A DNA stretch of 63,998 nucleotides, filler included, from Stramenopiles sp. TOSAG23-3 (taxonomy: Eukaryota), in NCBI GenBank assembly GCA_900128585.1. It is 3 parts of 3 records of this genome, joined end to end, with 100 filler letters (N's around TTAATTAATTAA, not from the genome) between each part and the next. Parts side by side here need not be neighbours in the genome. Positions count along the whole stretch, not along the records: positions 1 to 21,870 come from LT642348.1; 2 more parts are not named here. One strand, written 5' to 3'. The position numbers and the translations under genes were made by a program. This document shows, one piece after another, positions 11,899 to 21,970 of this stretch (the first letter of the stretch is position 1; every line of letters starts with the position of its first letter). Under the pieces are notes generated by a model. It was not told the origin of the DNA and did not search any database. It saw only the letters and a program-made list of their open reading frames with translations.

Positions 11899-12111
11899 AA
11901 CATTTTTTCAAAACTGGGGAAGGCGTGGGGCATTTTTGACGGGGGTGTTTCCACATTGAGAGGGGGAAAGGTGCGTGCAAATATTGAAGTTCAAATAATT
12001 TTTTACGAAGTATTAACTCAAACTTTCAAAACTCTGTATTATATTAACAAATTAACTTCCAGTAACGTACACTAAAATTTAATAGATAACACAATTGAAC
12101 GGAACTGAAAT

Positions 12112-12147
12112 TGTAATTGATATAAAATGAGAAGTCTTAAAGCATAT
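12112..12147 (-). repeat. Dispersed repeat family B (diverged copy)
   Basis: Reverse complement resembles tatgttttaagactctcattttaaatcaattac at 45419 and the copy at 16277. Confidence 0.65.
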
Positions 12148-12240
12148 ACTATAATAATTTGTTTTTAAACTTCCAAGTTATTTCAGCTCTTTAAAGGCGG
12201 TAAGAGAATTAAGAACTTTACGAAGGTCCAGAGATCACCC

Positions 12241-13368
12241 TCACCCTCGCTCAGTCGCTACATACTTGTCCCATGCCGCATTTAAAGCGGTAAAAATTTG
12301 TTCAGAAATGTACTTTTGTTTGGGCGGAGCTTTTTGTGACCTGTCTGGGTGCACCAGTCTTATGGCTTTGTAGTAATTTCTCTTCACTTTGCCTCCTTGT
12401 ACGCAGTCCGCTAACGTCAACGCTTTCCAATTGCAGTCGTCCCACAGAACGTTGTGCATGGTAGTCAACAGCGCTCTGATGTTTTTCAATGTGCCTTGGT
12501 TAATGTCCCCGGACCATGCTAGAAGCTTCGCGTGCAACTCCTTCTTCACATTGTCTCGGTCTACTTGTCCCTGTTGCTCTTGCTCCAAATTCTGCAAATG
12601 TTGGATTTGCGCGTCGTTAATACGCTTCTGCTCCGCTGCCTTTCTCTTTTGTATTGCTGCTGCAACTTCTTGGCTCATGCCCTCTGTGCTTACTTCTCTC
12701 GTGGTGACCTTTACGTTCGATTCCACGGTTGGCGTGGACAACGTGTCGAATCCCATCATCATATCGCTGGTACTTCCTCGCCCGGCTGCATTGGACGATG
12801 ACGCGCCCTGAAAGTTTTCGAATTGAATCATGTTGCCGCTGGGCCTTCTTGGCTTTTCCACCTCTTTTGCAACATTCTTCTTCCCCTTGCTGGTTTTAGC
12901 CTTCGTCCTTTTCCTAACACTCTCTTTCGGCTGTTGTGCCTCCCCGCCGGCCCGGCTCGGGGCGGTCGTGCTCGCTGTGTGCACCCTTGGCGAGGACCGG
13001 CGACCAACGCTTCCACTTGCATCGTGGGTCCAATCGTGCTTTGACCGCTGTTTGCCGCTGTAAAAGGGGCGGTCCAGCCGGAGCGTCTTCGCGAGCAACA
13101 TTCCTTTGTAAAACGGGACAAAACCTTCTGGGTCGCTTATGTCGACCCAGTTGAAACCGTTGGAAGGTTTACTCGCTGCAAGCTTGAAGCGGAAATGGAA
13201 TTTTCCAGTACCACGAAGCGGAAAGTGCTCTATAATACTTTTCAGTTTCAGCTTTTTCTTCGACAACCCGGGAGTGCTGGAAGGCAAAGTAAACACGTTC
13301 GGGTGCGCCATGTCTTCCCCAGGCTCCCCTTGCACAATATAAAATACCTGCGTACTTGCGGCTGCCAT
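12241..13368 (-). CDS. Auxilin-like J-domain protein with an N-terminal DIX-like domain
   Basis: C-terminal NIRALLTTMHNVLW...VKRNYYKAIRLVHPDR...IFTALNAAW is the auxilin-type J domain (HPD motif). N-terminal HPNVF...IIEHFP...FHFRFK...WVDISD...VPFYKG is DIX/beta-grasp-like. Likely ATG at 13368. Confidence 0.85.
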   Translation of the reverse strand: MAAASTQVFYIVQGEPGEDMAHPNVFTLPSSTPGLSKKKLKLKSIIEHFPLRGTGKFHFRFKLAASKPSNGFNWVDISDPEGFVPFYKGMLLAKTLRLDRPFYSGKQRSKHDWTHDASGSVGRRSSPRVHTASTTAPSRAGGEAQQPKESVRKRTKAKTSKGKKNVAKEVEKPRRPSGNMIQFENFQGASSSNAAGRGSTSDMMMGFDTLSTPTVESNVKVTTREVSTEGMSQEVAAAIQKRKAAEQKRINDAQIQHLQNLEQEQQGQVDRDNVKKELHAKLLAWSGDINQGTLKNIRALLTTMHNVLWDDCNWKALTLADCVQGGKVKRNYYKAIRLVHPDRSQKAPPKQKYISEQIFTALNAAWDKYVATERG

Positions 13369-13665
13369 TTTGTTTTTTTGTATCAAAACGTCCTCGTATA
13401 TATAAATAGATATATGCACACACAATAAACACACGGCTGTACGAATCGATCCCTTGAATTCGGACGAGAAGGCATCATCATTTTCCCCGTGCCGTTTCGT
13501 TTCTTTTAAAATTAGAAACCGCGGCGGCGCGGCGCGGGGGGGGGGCTGTTCAATGATTATATATATTATACTTTGGGCGGTATAATATTATTTTATTCCA
13601 TATAATTATTATTATTTATTAAAGAATCGTGAAACAATCTTTTTTGTTTTTATCTTATTTTTACG

Positions 13666-13795
13666 AAATCGTGCAACAAAGTGTTTCACTATTCTAAAAA
13701 AATAACGAGATATTCTATTTTAATGCTGTGCGCCTCGTAATTGCAAAAAATAACACTTATCCAAGAGAATCGTGAAACAGTTTGTTGCACGATTT
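13666..13795. mobile_element. MITE-like element, 130 bp, with 30-bp terminal inverted repeats
   Basis: aaatcgtgcaacaaagtgtttcactattct (13666-13695) pairs with agaatcgtgaaacagtttgttgcacgattt (13766-13795) at 28/30 positions; an extra partial arm lies at 13623-13636. Confidence 0.55.
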
Positions 13796-13964
13796 TAGTA
13801 CACCTCTTTGTATTCATCTATTTTCGACAGCACTCCTGACGCGAAACCAAAAAAGAGTGATTACATGGTATTGTACTGATTTATTTACTACGCATTCCCT
13901 ATGATTATCGATTCGTCGTTCCTTCGAGGTCAAGGCGCCACAAATGTACATCTGTGAGCAAGAA

Positions 13965-13992
13965 GGGGCCAAACGAGCCCTCGTTTGGCCCC
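13965..13992. other. Perfect GC-rich hairpin (13-bp stem)
   Basis: ggggccaaacgag-cc-ctcgtttggcccc. Confidence 0.8.
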
Positions 13993-14689
13993 CACCTGAT
14001 ATTTTGCCTATGTATATTAAGTACAGGTATTAATACATCTATATACAATATATAAAAGAAGACATAGTGCTTGACTACAAGGGAAAATTTATACATGAAT
14101 CGAATCGTACTACTCTATACAGGCCAAGTAACAGTATCCATATACTAACAAAGTCTTTAGTCACCCGGTTGAATATGGAATAGCAAGCGGTCGAAAGAAT
14201 GAGAACGACAAAAAGATGCAAATCTTGCCACATTAGAAGGGACTCTTAAATCCAGAAAGAGCCTATTGCCTGTTAAACGCTGTTACCTGTAAACAACGCA
14301 GACCAGAAAAGCCCACATGCGTTTAGGCTGGACAAAATCTGAAAACCGCGGCGCCCTTAGCCGAGGCTATTGCCAGTTAAATGATACTACCTGTAAATCC
14401 AATGCCTTAATATTGAATATATACAGAGCATAACAACAATTTGTAATTGCGTTAACGTTTCCTTACTGTAAATTTAGTGCCTTTATACTGAATAGATACA
14501 GAGCATCACAAAAGTTTTAAACTATCGGAAATCAAGTTAACATTTCCTTATTACAGAATCGAATTGGTCATTAGTTTTACGGATCAGCCGTTGTACTCAA
14601 AAGGGAGGAAAGACTACTGACTCTCCCTGTAATCTAAAAAAGTACATATATTCAGATTATTATACGTGACGCGGATGGCATTCCTTAAA

Positions 14690-14766
14690 AAAACAAGAAA
14701 ATTGGCTGTTATTTAAGTAATTAAATTTAGCTTCGTCATACCCTAATCCTAACTTGGTTCTGTAAT
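14690..14766 (+). repeat. Dispersed repeat family A, abutting an assembly gap
   Basis: Near-identical to the reverse complement of 31326-31402 and similar to 3736-3796. Confidence 0.85.
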
Positions 14767-15619
14767 NNNNNNNNNNNNNNNNNNNNNNNNNNNNNNNNNN
14801 NNNNNNNNNNNNNNNNNNNNNNNNNNNNNNNNNNNNNNNNNNNNNNNNNNNNNNNNNNNNNNNNNNNNNNNNNNNNNNNNNNNNNNNNNNNNNNNNNNNN
14901 NNNNNNNNNNNNNNNNNNNNNNNNNNNNNNNNNNNNNNNNNNNNNNNNNNNNNNNNNNNNNNNNNNNNNNNNNNNNNNNNNNNNNNNNCTGCAGCAATGA
15001 TGATTTTTGTTAATATAATTTTTGTCAATAGTTAGCCCACACTATTTTATCATATTATTTTTTCTTTTTTTTTTTGTCGTTTAAGAACGCCTGATGGACA
15101 ACTTCATACTACTCCGAATAGATCCTCGTATATTAACAAAAATTATGATTGTTTTCGTATAACACCCGAATCTTTTCTACAAATTAGTACATACAGAAAG
15201 TACGTGTGAAAGAGATATTACAAGTCAATTTCCTATTTACCCCCTTCCTACTTGTGAATCGCATAACGATCTATACGATTTCACACTCGTAAGTGGCGAA
15301 CCGCCCCCATTTACTCAATTAAACACGCTACTTTTGCCACTCGATTTCCTTTGCTTACCCGTTGATAGCTGAAATGAGAAGTTGCTGTTTGTTTTGGAAC
15401 CCAGTCGCATGGGCCGTAGCATTGCTTTTTCTTCCAAGCGTTGCCTCGCTTTCTATTTCTCCCACGAAGGATGAATCGGGAACTAGCGAATCCCTTCAAA
15501 TTGTATTCTCACATGACATTCCTGGGTCAAAGACGTTTCCAATATTTGCAACTACAGCAAACGTCGACGAGATTTCTGGGCCTCGATACTCAGTCAATGG
15601 GGGGTCCACGGCCCTGAGC

Positions 15620-15823
15620 AACAATGCTTGTCAAAAATCACATTGGAAGAAGGGGCACTCACACCAATGTTCCAATCAGAATGCATCTAAGAGCAGCACG
15701 GGCACCCCCTTTTCAGCACCAAAAAAACCCGCCACTAAACACATTTCACCAAATTCCCAACAATTGAAAAGTGTGCCACAGAATAATGGCCCAAAAGGTA
15801 AATCAAAAATGGTTCAGATATGA
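15620..15823 (+). pseudogene. Fragment of a MYND-type zinc-finger gene (C-terminal half of the finger plus a low-complexity tail)
   Basis: ACQKSHWKKGHSHQC matches the MYND CQxxHWxxxHxxxC motif; the upstream CxxC/YC ligands are missing. Confidence 0.45.
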
Positions 15824-16276
15824 AAAAGTTACAGATTTCCATTTACCTTAATTTAAATTACCCAAATAACAGCCAGACAGAAATGATCACCTCTAAAAAC
15901 ATTCACGCCGCTGCTAGGAATATCACACAAGGACTGATTCATTTACGAGTGAGACACCAGATGACTAAGTTGACTTTGGGTCAGTACATATGAAAATGAT
16001 AGTCAAGTTTGACAATCATGTACTAAAGTGTGTGTTTCTTGACATGGTTTATCATACCATCCAACATACCACGGACTGCCTTGGTTGTACTCGGCTGATA
16101 TATTGGTGGAAACGGTTGTTTAAATTCTTCCCGATAACGAAAAGCGAACGTGCTTTTTGAAACTGTAGACTTATATACTACACCATCTACATCCACATTA
16201 ACAGACTGCACGAGCGCTCCGGTACAGGTAGTCGGTCTAGTATTATTAGTAATATAAAAAAAAACAAATTATATAG

Positions 16277-16302
16277 TATGTTTTAAGACTCTCATTTTAA
16301 AT
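16277..16302 (+). repeat. Dispersed repeat family B
   Basis: The 26-mer tatgttttaagactctcattttaaat is identical to 45419-45444. Confidence 0.75.
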
Positions 16303-16664
16303 TAGTAATATAAATATAATAAAAATAATACGGTATTATTATTATTATATTTTACCGAACAACTGCTTTTTTTCTTCTTCCATTTTCTAGGAAGAATGGC
16401 ACCACAGTCAGTGTGATATATTATCTCTTGGTGGTGTACCAATTTCGCCAACGGTATACGGTGTAAATAGGATTCTTGGTGGTGCAGCAATTTCAGAATT
16501 ACATTTAGACAGTATTACTGCAAATCCAGTACTACGTAATCTTGTAAGTTTCTAATCTTGGTATTATATTATTTCTTAAAGAAGTAAATTAAATTAAGAC
16601 GCTCTCTCTTTAAATTTACGAGAAAAGATCATTTGCATTTTCAGCACTTCACGCGCTTTTAAAT

Positions 16665-17608
16665 TTAGAATTGTCCAGCGGTAAAGCTATCTNNNNNNNN
16701 NNNNNNNNNNNNNNNNNNNNNNNNNNNNNNNNNNNNNNNNNNNNNNNNNNNNNNNNNNNNNNNNNNNNNNNNNNNNNNNNNNNNNNNNNNNNNNNNNNNN
16801 NNNNNNNNNNNNNNNNNNNNNNNNNNNNNNNNNNNNNNNNNNNNNNNNNNNNNNNNNNNNNNNNNNNNNNNNNNNNNNNNNNNNNNNGGGATGGAGAGAC
16901 GCTGTAGACGTTCTTCAATTTGTGTTTGGAAGACTCCCAATCTTCACCGTTGGCGCACTTCTTGGTGCATTTCGGCGTCGGGATGAACTTGCTCTCTGGA
17001 AGGCAAGGCTGATCTTCTGGGTTGCAGGTTGGGACCGGCCCACCCTGACTCTTCAAGTACGGGTAGCACGCTTCGTCGACGAGGCCGGTTTTCTTGATGT
17101 AGTTCCACGCGCCACCGAGCTGTCCACCTTGGCACCCGTTCTCTCCACTGAAGAAACCAGAGTCGCAAGAAGTCATGTCCAGCGGGGCCAGTTGCAAGAA
17201 CTGGTTTTTTCCGCCAGAAATGCACAAGCGGTCGCTGGCGGCTTCAGTTGCTCCAAATGCCCAGCAGCTGCCGCAAAATCCTTGGTCAAGGATTGGGCCA
17301 GTGCAGTTCGGTCGTGCCACCCTGGGGTCAAACGAGGACGGCGCCGCGTCGAGAAGGGATTTGTCGTGTTCAATAGTTGGCAGCCTGACCAACGAGTTGT
17401 CGTTCTTTGCGCCCATCATCATTCGCGCTTGCCCAATGGTCATTTTTTCGAAACGCCTATTATGACCGGCTGTCCAGGTGGACTTCGGGTTGCTGTTGAC
17501 GGCCTTAACGATGTCGTCAGACAAAACTGGGTGGGACGACTTGTCCACGATTTGAAACGCGCTGGCAGCTGTGATTGCCAACACGCAGGTAACTGCACGC
17601 ATGCTCAT
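16665..17608 (-). CDS. CTSB: Cathepsin B-like cysteine protease (papain C1A), interrupted by the gap at 16693-16887
   Basis: Signal peptide; propeptide LSDDIVKAVNS..STWTAGHN; active-site DQGFCGSCWAFGATEAASDRLCI; GCQGG; TPKCTKKC. After the gap the DSFTAGQF* frame fits the cathepsin B C-terminus. Confidence 0.92.
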
Positions 17609-18580
17609 GTTGTTGCTTTTGGGGTGTGTGGGTGTTAAATATTATTTATACTTGAAATGTTGTGGGAGTTGTATAAATTGGATTGAACGCTTCAGTGTTA
17701 AATTTTTTTGTTTATGAAGATATACCTCAATCCACAAACTCTTCAACTTCAAGTCATTTATAATTATGAAAATGGATATTATTATTATTTTTTTTTTCGG
17801 AGGATAGAGAAGAAGAGAAGAAGATATGATGCCATCCTCCAATGATGAATCATCATTATTAATACATAATATGCTGCACCAAAAACAACCCAAATCAGTT
17901 TTCTAATAATAGCGTTGCCAGCAGCAGCTAGCTTGAAGAATTATTAAATAACAGGTCTTCAGCAGGGCTTCAAGGTGCAGCATTTACAGGTCGTCCTGAG
18001 GGCTGAAGCTGAGGTCCTCCGTACTCGAGTGGGCCCTCGCCTCAGTTGTTCCTTGATAGACCAGACAATACTGATATTTAAGTACAAGTGCTGATGAGAG
18101 AAGAAGATTAGATAGAGTTTTCCATTTTCCATTTAAAATATTCGCATTTAAAAAATAAGAAGAAGAAGAAGAGTTTTTTTATTTTTATTATTATTTATTC
18201 TATTCAATTATAATTATAAATATTAGCTACCAGGTACGTACAGTATAATTATAATCTATATTAAATTATACTTTAGACGACTATTAATATTTCTCTTTTT
18301 TCGAGTCAGTTCATATTCATTCATCTCTCATATCATCTCAACAACAACAACCAACCAACAAAAAAAACAAAAACAAAAAAAAATTCAAAAAAACAAAAAA
18401 TCATTCATCCATCACCATGCATAATTCATGAACCGATATGGAAGTGTCACGTATATCATCATTGTTTGGTTTTAATATACACAAACAACATGAAAGAGAA
18501 CGTCTTACCATCCATTTTATTTCACAGTATACTTCTTCGTTGCAAGTGTATATTGTATAAAAATTTTCTCGTTGAAAAAA

Positions 18581-20374
18581 ATGTATCACAGCACCAGTAT
18601 AGCAATTGTTGCGTTTGCAACAATCGCCAGTTCCTTTGCGCATGAGATAAACCCAGGTGTATGGACATGGGCTTGTGGGGGTGCAGCCTATCATGGAGAT
18701 CATCATCCGGGGTATTATGAAAGTATATGCAGAAAGGAAGTTCATGCTTCGCCCCCACCAGAGCTCCGTGGGGCACTGCAAGTTTTCAATTGGGCGGTGT
18801 TAGAACCGGAAGATGGAGTGTTTGACTGGTACTGGTTAGATAAAAACTTAACAGCAATGGCGGACGCAAAGGTGCAAGCGAACCCAATCATTTTTATTCA
18901 CAAAGGGCAAACGATCAATGGCGCGGCGACAACCCCACAGTGGTTGTTTAAAGTTTCCCCTGGAATTCCATACACACATACGCCTCAAACGAAGCCAGTG
19001 TTTGTAGCGCCGGATTACCTCGATCCTAAATTTCAGAAAATATTTTCGAGATTAATCTATGCGTTTGCGAATCACTTGAACGAATTGCCAGCCCGTGTTA
19101 AAGATAACATATGGGGAGTACAGGCAGCGCTCGGTATTACTGGTGACTCACGTCCATGGAAAGGAAGTCCAGTAAATAAAAGCCAGCAAATATCGTACCC
19201 ACAGTGGGAGCAGTACTCTCGCACCATGCTTGAAGTATTTGTTGAAGCCTTTCTACCAACTAAAATACCAATTGTTGCCAACGTCGATAACCCAATGGCT
19301 GGCTCACAGAGTCAGGTAGAAAACACGTGGTTTATTGACATGGCGGAGAAAAAAGGTATGACAGGTGCTGGGCTTAAACAAGGTGTACCTACGCATGGGT
19401 ACAATTTGAATGGCGAAAAGTTTCTATACCAGCTTGAGGCAGTGCCGTTGCTCTTAACACCACGGTCCGATGGTACTTACACTCCGGCTCGAGGAGAGCT
19501 GGCACTTGAACCCGATGCAGGCGTCCCTGGTGAATACGGTAATTGGGCCGAAAGTCCATGGTGGTCGCTGCAAGCAAACGCAGAGTGGGTTCTCACCTTT
19601 GGGATTTCCGCTTGGAACCTCTATGCGGGATTTTTATCAAATGAAACATTTCGTGAAACTCTCCAATTTGTGAATCGCCATGCCGGGTATATGAATGCAA
19701 GCACTGCACCTGCAGCATTTATATCTTTTCGGGATTCATTGAATACTGAAGACACAGCACGGTGGCCAGAAGCAAAATATGGAAAAGTCGCCGAAATTCC
19801 ATGGACAAATGGGACGCTGCCGCCAAACTGCAACGCGAATAAGAAGCGAATGAAATTAATCGCGGAGGACTTTAAACAGTATGGTGCAAAGTTGGAAAGT
19901 GCAAAGGAAGCGTCCGACCCAAGGAGTATTGTTCAAAAAAAAGGTATGCATCTCAATGATGTCTGTTGGAACTGCTGGCCTGGAAATTATTTCAGATACA
20001 TTAAGCAAATCGACCCTACTGAAACATCAGTTGGATGGTGGCGGGTCGGGCCGAAACAGCAAGGATATGGAAGGTTTGCCCGAGGGTTAGAACATGAAAC
20101 AGGACGCAAGTTAATTACATTGCAATTGGATCCCAAGTTTAAGACAATGAACGCAACTGCCACGGTTGTATATTTCAATGCGGGCAGAGGGAGTTGGTCA
20201 ATAGCATACAATGGAGAAACAAAAGGAACGATCGTAAAAACCTCAACTGACTCCTGGATAACAACAGCCAAAATTCCACTGGGCAGTATTTCAGGCAACG
20301 GCAAAATTACACTGTTTTCTCCAGATCAAAAGGATTCCATCTTTTCCCTGTTGGAAATTTTACAGGTGAATTAG
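18581..20374 (+). CDS. Secreted glycoside hydrolase-like protein (GH42/GH35-like N-terminal motif, C-terminal beta-sandwich)
   Basis: Signal peptide; FNWAVLEPEDGVFDWYWLDK and TPQWL are typical of clan GH-A beta-galactosidase-like enzymes; no introns. ATG at 18581. Confidence 0.7.
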   Translation: MYHSTSIAIVAFATIASSFAHEINPGVWTWACGGAAYHGDHHPGYYESICRKEVHASPPPELRGALQVFNWAVLEPEDGVFDWYWLDKNLTAMADAKVQANPIIFIHKGQTINGAATTPQWLFKVSPGIPYTHTPQTKPVFVAPDYLDPKFQKIFSRLIYAFANHLNELPARVKDNIWGVQAALGITGDSRPWKGSPVNKSQQISYPQWEQYSRTMLEVFVEAFLPTKIPIVANVDNPMAGSQSQVENTWFIDMAEKKGMTGAGLKQGVPTHGYNLNGEKFLYQLEAVPLLLTPRSDGTYTPARGELALEPDAGVPGEYGNWAESPWWSLQANAEWVLTFGISAWNLYAGFLSNETFRETLQFVNRHAGYMNASTAPAAFISFRDSLNTEDTARWPEAKYGKVAEIPWTNGTLPPNCNANKKRMKLIAEDFKQYGAKLESAKEASDPRSIVQKKGMHLNDVCWNCWPGNYFRYIKQIDPTETSVGWWRVGPKQQGYGRFARGLEHETGRKLITLQLDPKFKTMNATATVVYFNAGRGSWSIAYNGETKGTIVKTSTDSWITTAKIPLGSISGNGKITLFSPDQKDSIFSLLEILQVN

Positions 20375-20816
20375 ATGAAGACGACACGGGCACAGAATCA
20401 TAGACTATCAAGGTACAGGTACCGGTACGGGTACCGGTAATGCCGATGATGGTACATTTGAGAAAGCATGAAAAAAGGAGGTTACAAGCCATCTGAGTAC
20501 AACTTAAAAATACTCTAAAATACACATAATCCCCTATTACATTTTATAATCACCACCACCCACCACCTCGAATTCTTGCTGTTATTCTAATAATTTCGAT
20601 CGGTGTCAGGTGGTTGTTTGAATGAAATTGTTTTACCTGTGTAGTATTGGTTCTCAATATCAAAGTCATGTATCTCCATCTACACACTTTCCGGTTAATT
20701 GTTTGCACTCTATTAGACGAAGGGGGCGACATTGGAATTTGCCTTCATCCTCATCTTCCGGCGACTTTATAAGCGTTCGACTCGCACGCCGTTTTGGGCA
20801 TTAAAAAGTGCTCTCG

Positions 20817-21827
20817 ATGATGAAAGTTCCAGTCGCAGCTTTGCTATTTCTAGCGCGATTGGCATATGTTGTCTCTGCTACAAAGTTCCGCGTAACTGTC
20901 CAAATAGCAGCAAATAAAACGTGGGTCGTCCCTGTATCAGAAGAAGCGAAAATATATGAGTTGATCGAATCGATAACCTACCGGCATAATGCAATGGGCA
21001 ATCTCAATCCCCATGATGATGGGAAAATAGAACTTCAAATTGATGGGTGCACTTTGGATGAAAGTGATAATATCATCGATGTAGTTCAAACGAATGACGT
21101 TGTTGACGTTCTATGGCTCCATCATGGTGTTGATTCAACGGTTACTTCTAGAAGTCATTGCACAGGCAAAACGGGTTGCCCATCGTGTGTCGAAGAGGAA
21201 AATTGCTACTGGTGCTCCGTGAATCACAAATGCTTGTCGAGCACAGAAACGCATCTATGTCCATTGCAGGCACCACGTCAGACATGTTCAGATTTTAATC
21301 TGAAAGAAGATAGACGACAATTTTTGAGACCTTGCTTTCGTCTTCCGAGCGCGTACAAGATCGCGGATGGTATTTGCTGCGGTGATGCAATTTGCGATGG
21401 CAGCAATGAAGATTTTGAAAACTGTAAATGGGACTGCACGGTTGATGACTTGCCGTACGCTGAGAAACAATTGACCCCAAAACAGTTGCCTGCTACAAGC
21501 CATACAAAGCTCTTTGGACTATTGAGCACATTGGTTCATGATACCTACCATTGCGAAGATACGTACCATTGGAAAGATGGCAGCCCTTGCAGCAGGGAGA
21601 CTTTCAAGGTGCGCAATAGACCATCAAGGTGGCTCGATTCCCTGCTAGACCGTGTAAAAAGAAAAACTATGCCTTTCGCTTTTCCAAAACCAGTAAAGGA
21701 AATGGTGGTAGTAGAGTTGGGGTGTGGCCTTGGACAAGACACGCGGAATATGTTGACGGCGGGGTTCGGAGCCGTTGTTGGTATCGATGTGTATTGGCGA
21801 TCTTCGTTGCTGTTGTATAATTTCTAG
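20817..21827 (+). CDS. Multidomain protein: signal peptide, ubiquitin-like domain, Cys-rich PSI-like repeats and the start of a class I SAM methyltransferase; 3' end probably incomplete near the contig end
   Basis: KIELQIDGCTLDESDNIIDVVQTNDVVDV (beta-grasp); CPSCVEEENCYWC (PSI-like); CGDAICDGSNEDFENCKWDC; VVVELGCGLGQDTRNMLTAGFGAVVGIDV (SAM motif I). Confidence 0.6.
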   Translation: MMKVPVAALLFLARLAYVVSATKFRVTVQIAANKTWVVPVSEEAKIYELIESITYRHNAMGNLNPHDDGKIELQIDGCTLDESDNIIDVVQTNDVVDVLWLHHGVDSTVTSRSHCTGKTGCPSCVEEENCYWCSVNHKCLSSTETHLCPLQAPRQTCSDFNLKEDRRQFLRPCFRLPSAYKIADGICCGDAICDGSNEDFENCKWDCTVDDLPYAEKQLTPKQLPATSHTKLFGLLSTLVHDTYHCEDTYHWKDGSPCSRETFKVRNRPSRWLDSLLDRVKRKTMPFAFPKPVKEMVVVELGCGLGQDTRNMLTAGFGAVVGIDVYWRSSLLLYNF

Positions 21828-21870
21828 ATCTTCTATGGAGAAAGGGATAATTATTCGTGGAGGTGTGCGA

Positions 21871-21970
21871 NNNNNNNNNNNNNNNNNNNNNNNNNNNNNN
21901 NNNNNNNNNNNNNNTTAATTAATTAANNNNNNNNNNNNNNNNNNNNNNNNNNNNNNNNNNNNNNNNNNNN
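21871..21970. other. Artificial contig linker
   Basis: 44 N + TTAATTAATTAA (stops in all six frames) + 44 N. Confidence 0.95.

Noticed and set aside
11896-12075. Open frame continuing past the TAG of the 97-aa ORF (possible readthrough or alternative code)
   Set aside because: Other genes here end normally at TAG, TAA and TGA, and the extension drifts into AT-rich spacer; no support for recoding.
14250-14555. Spaced direct repeats considered as a CRISPR array
   Set aside because: Only pairs of degenerate, different units, no cas genes, and a eukaryotic context.
16023-16490. Short minus-strand ORFs downstream of cathepsin B
   Set aside because: No ATG start, recognisable motif or convincing splice path; they could be gene remnants but I cannot support that.
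17951-18000. Resemblance of minus-strand gaagacctg to a cobalamin riboswitch 3' end
   Set aside because: The other conserved elements (GGGAA, GCCACUG) are absent.
21871-21970. TTAATTAATTAA palindrome within N runs (also 43750-43849)
   Set aside because: Identical 100-nt construct with stops in six frames: an artificial contig spacer. Gene neighbourhoods across it carry no biological meaning.
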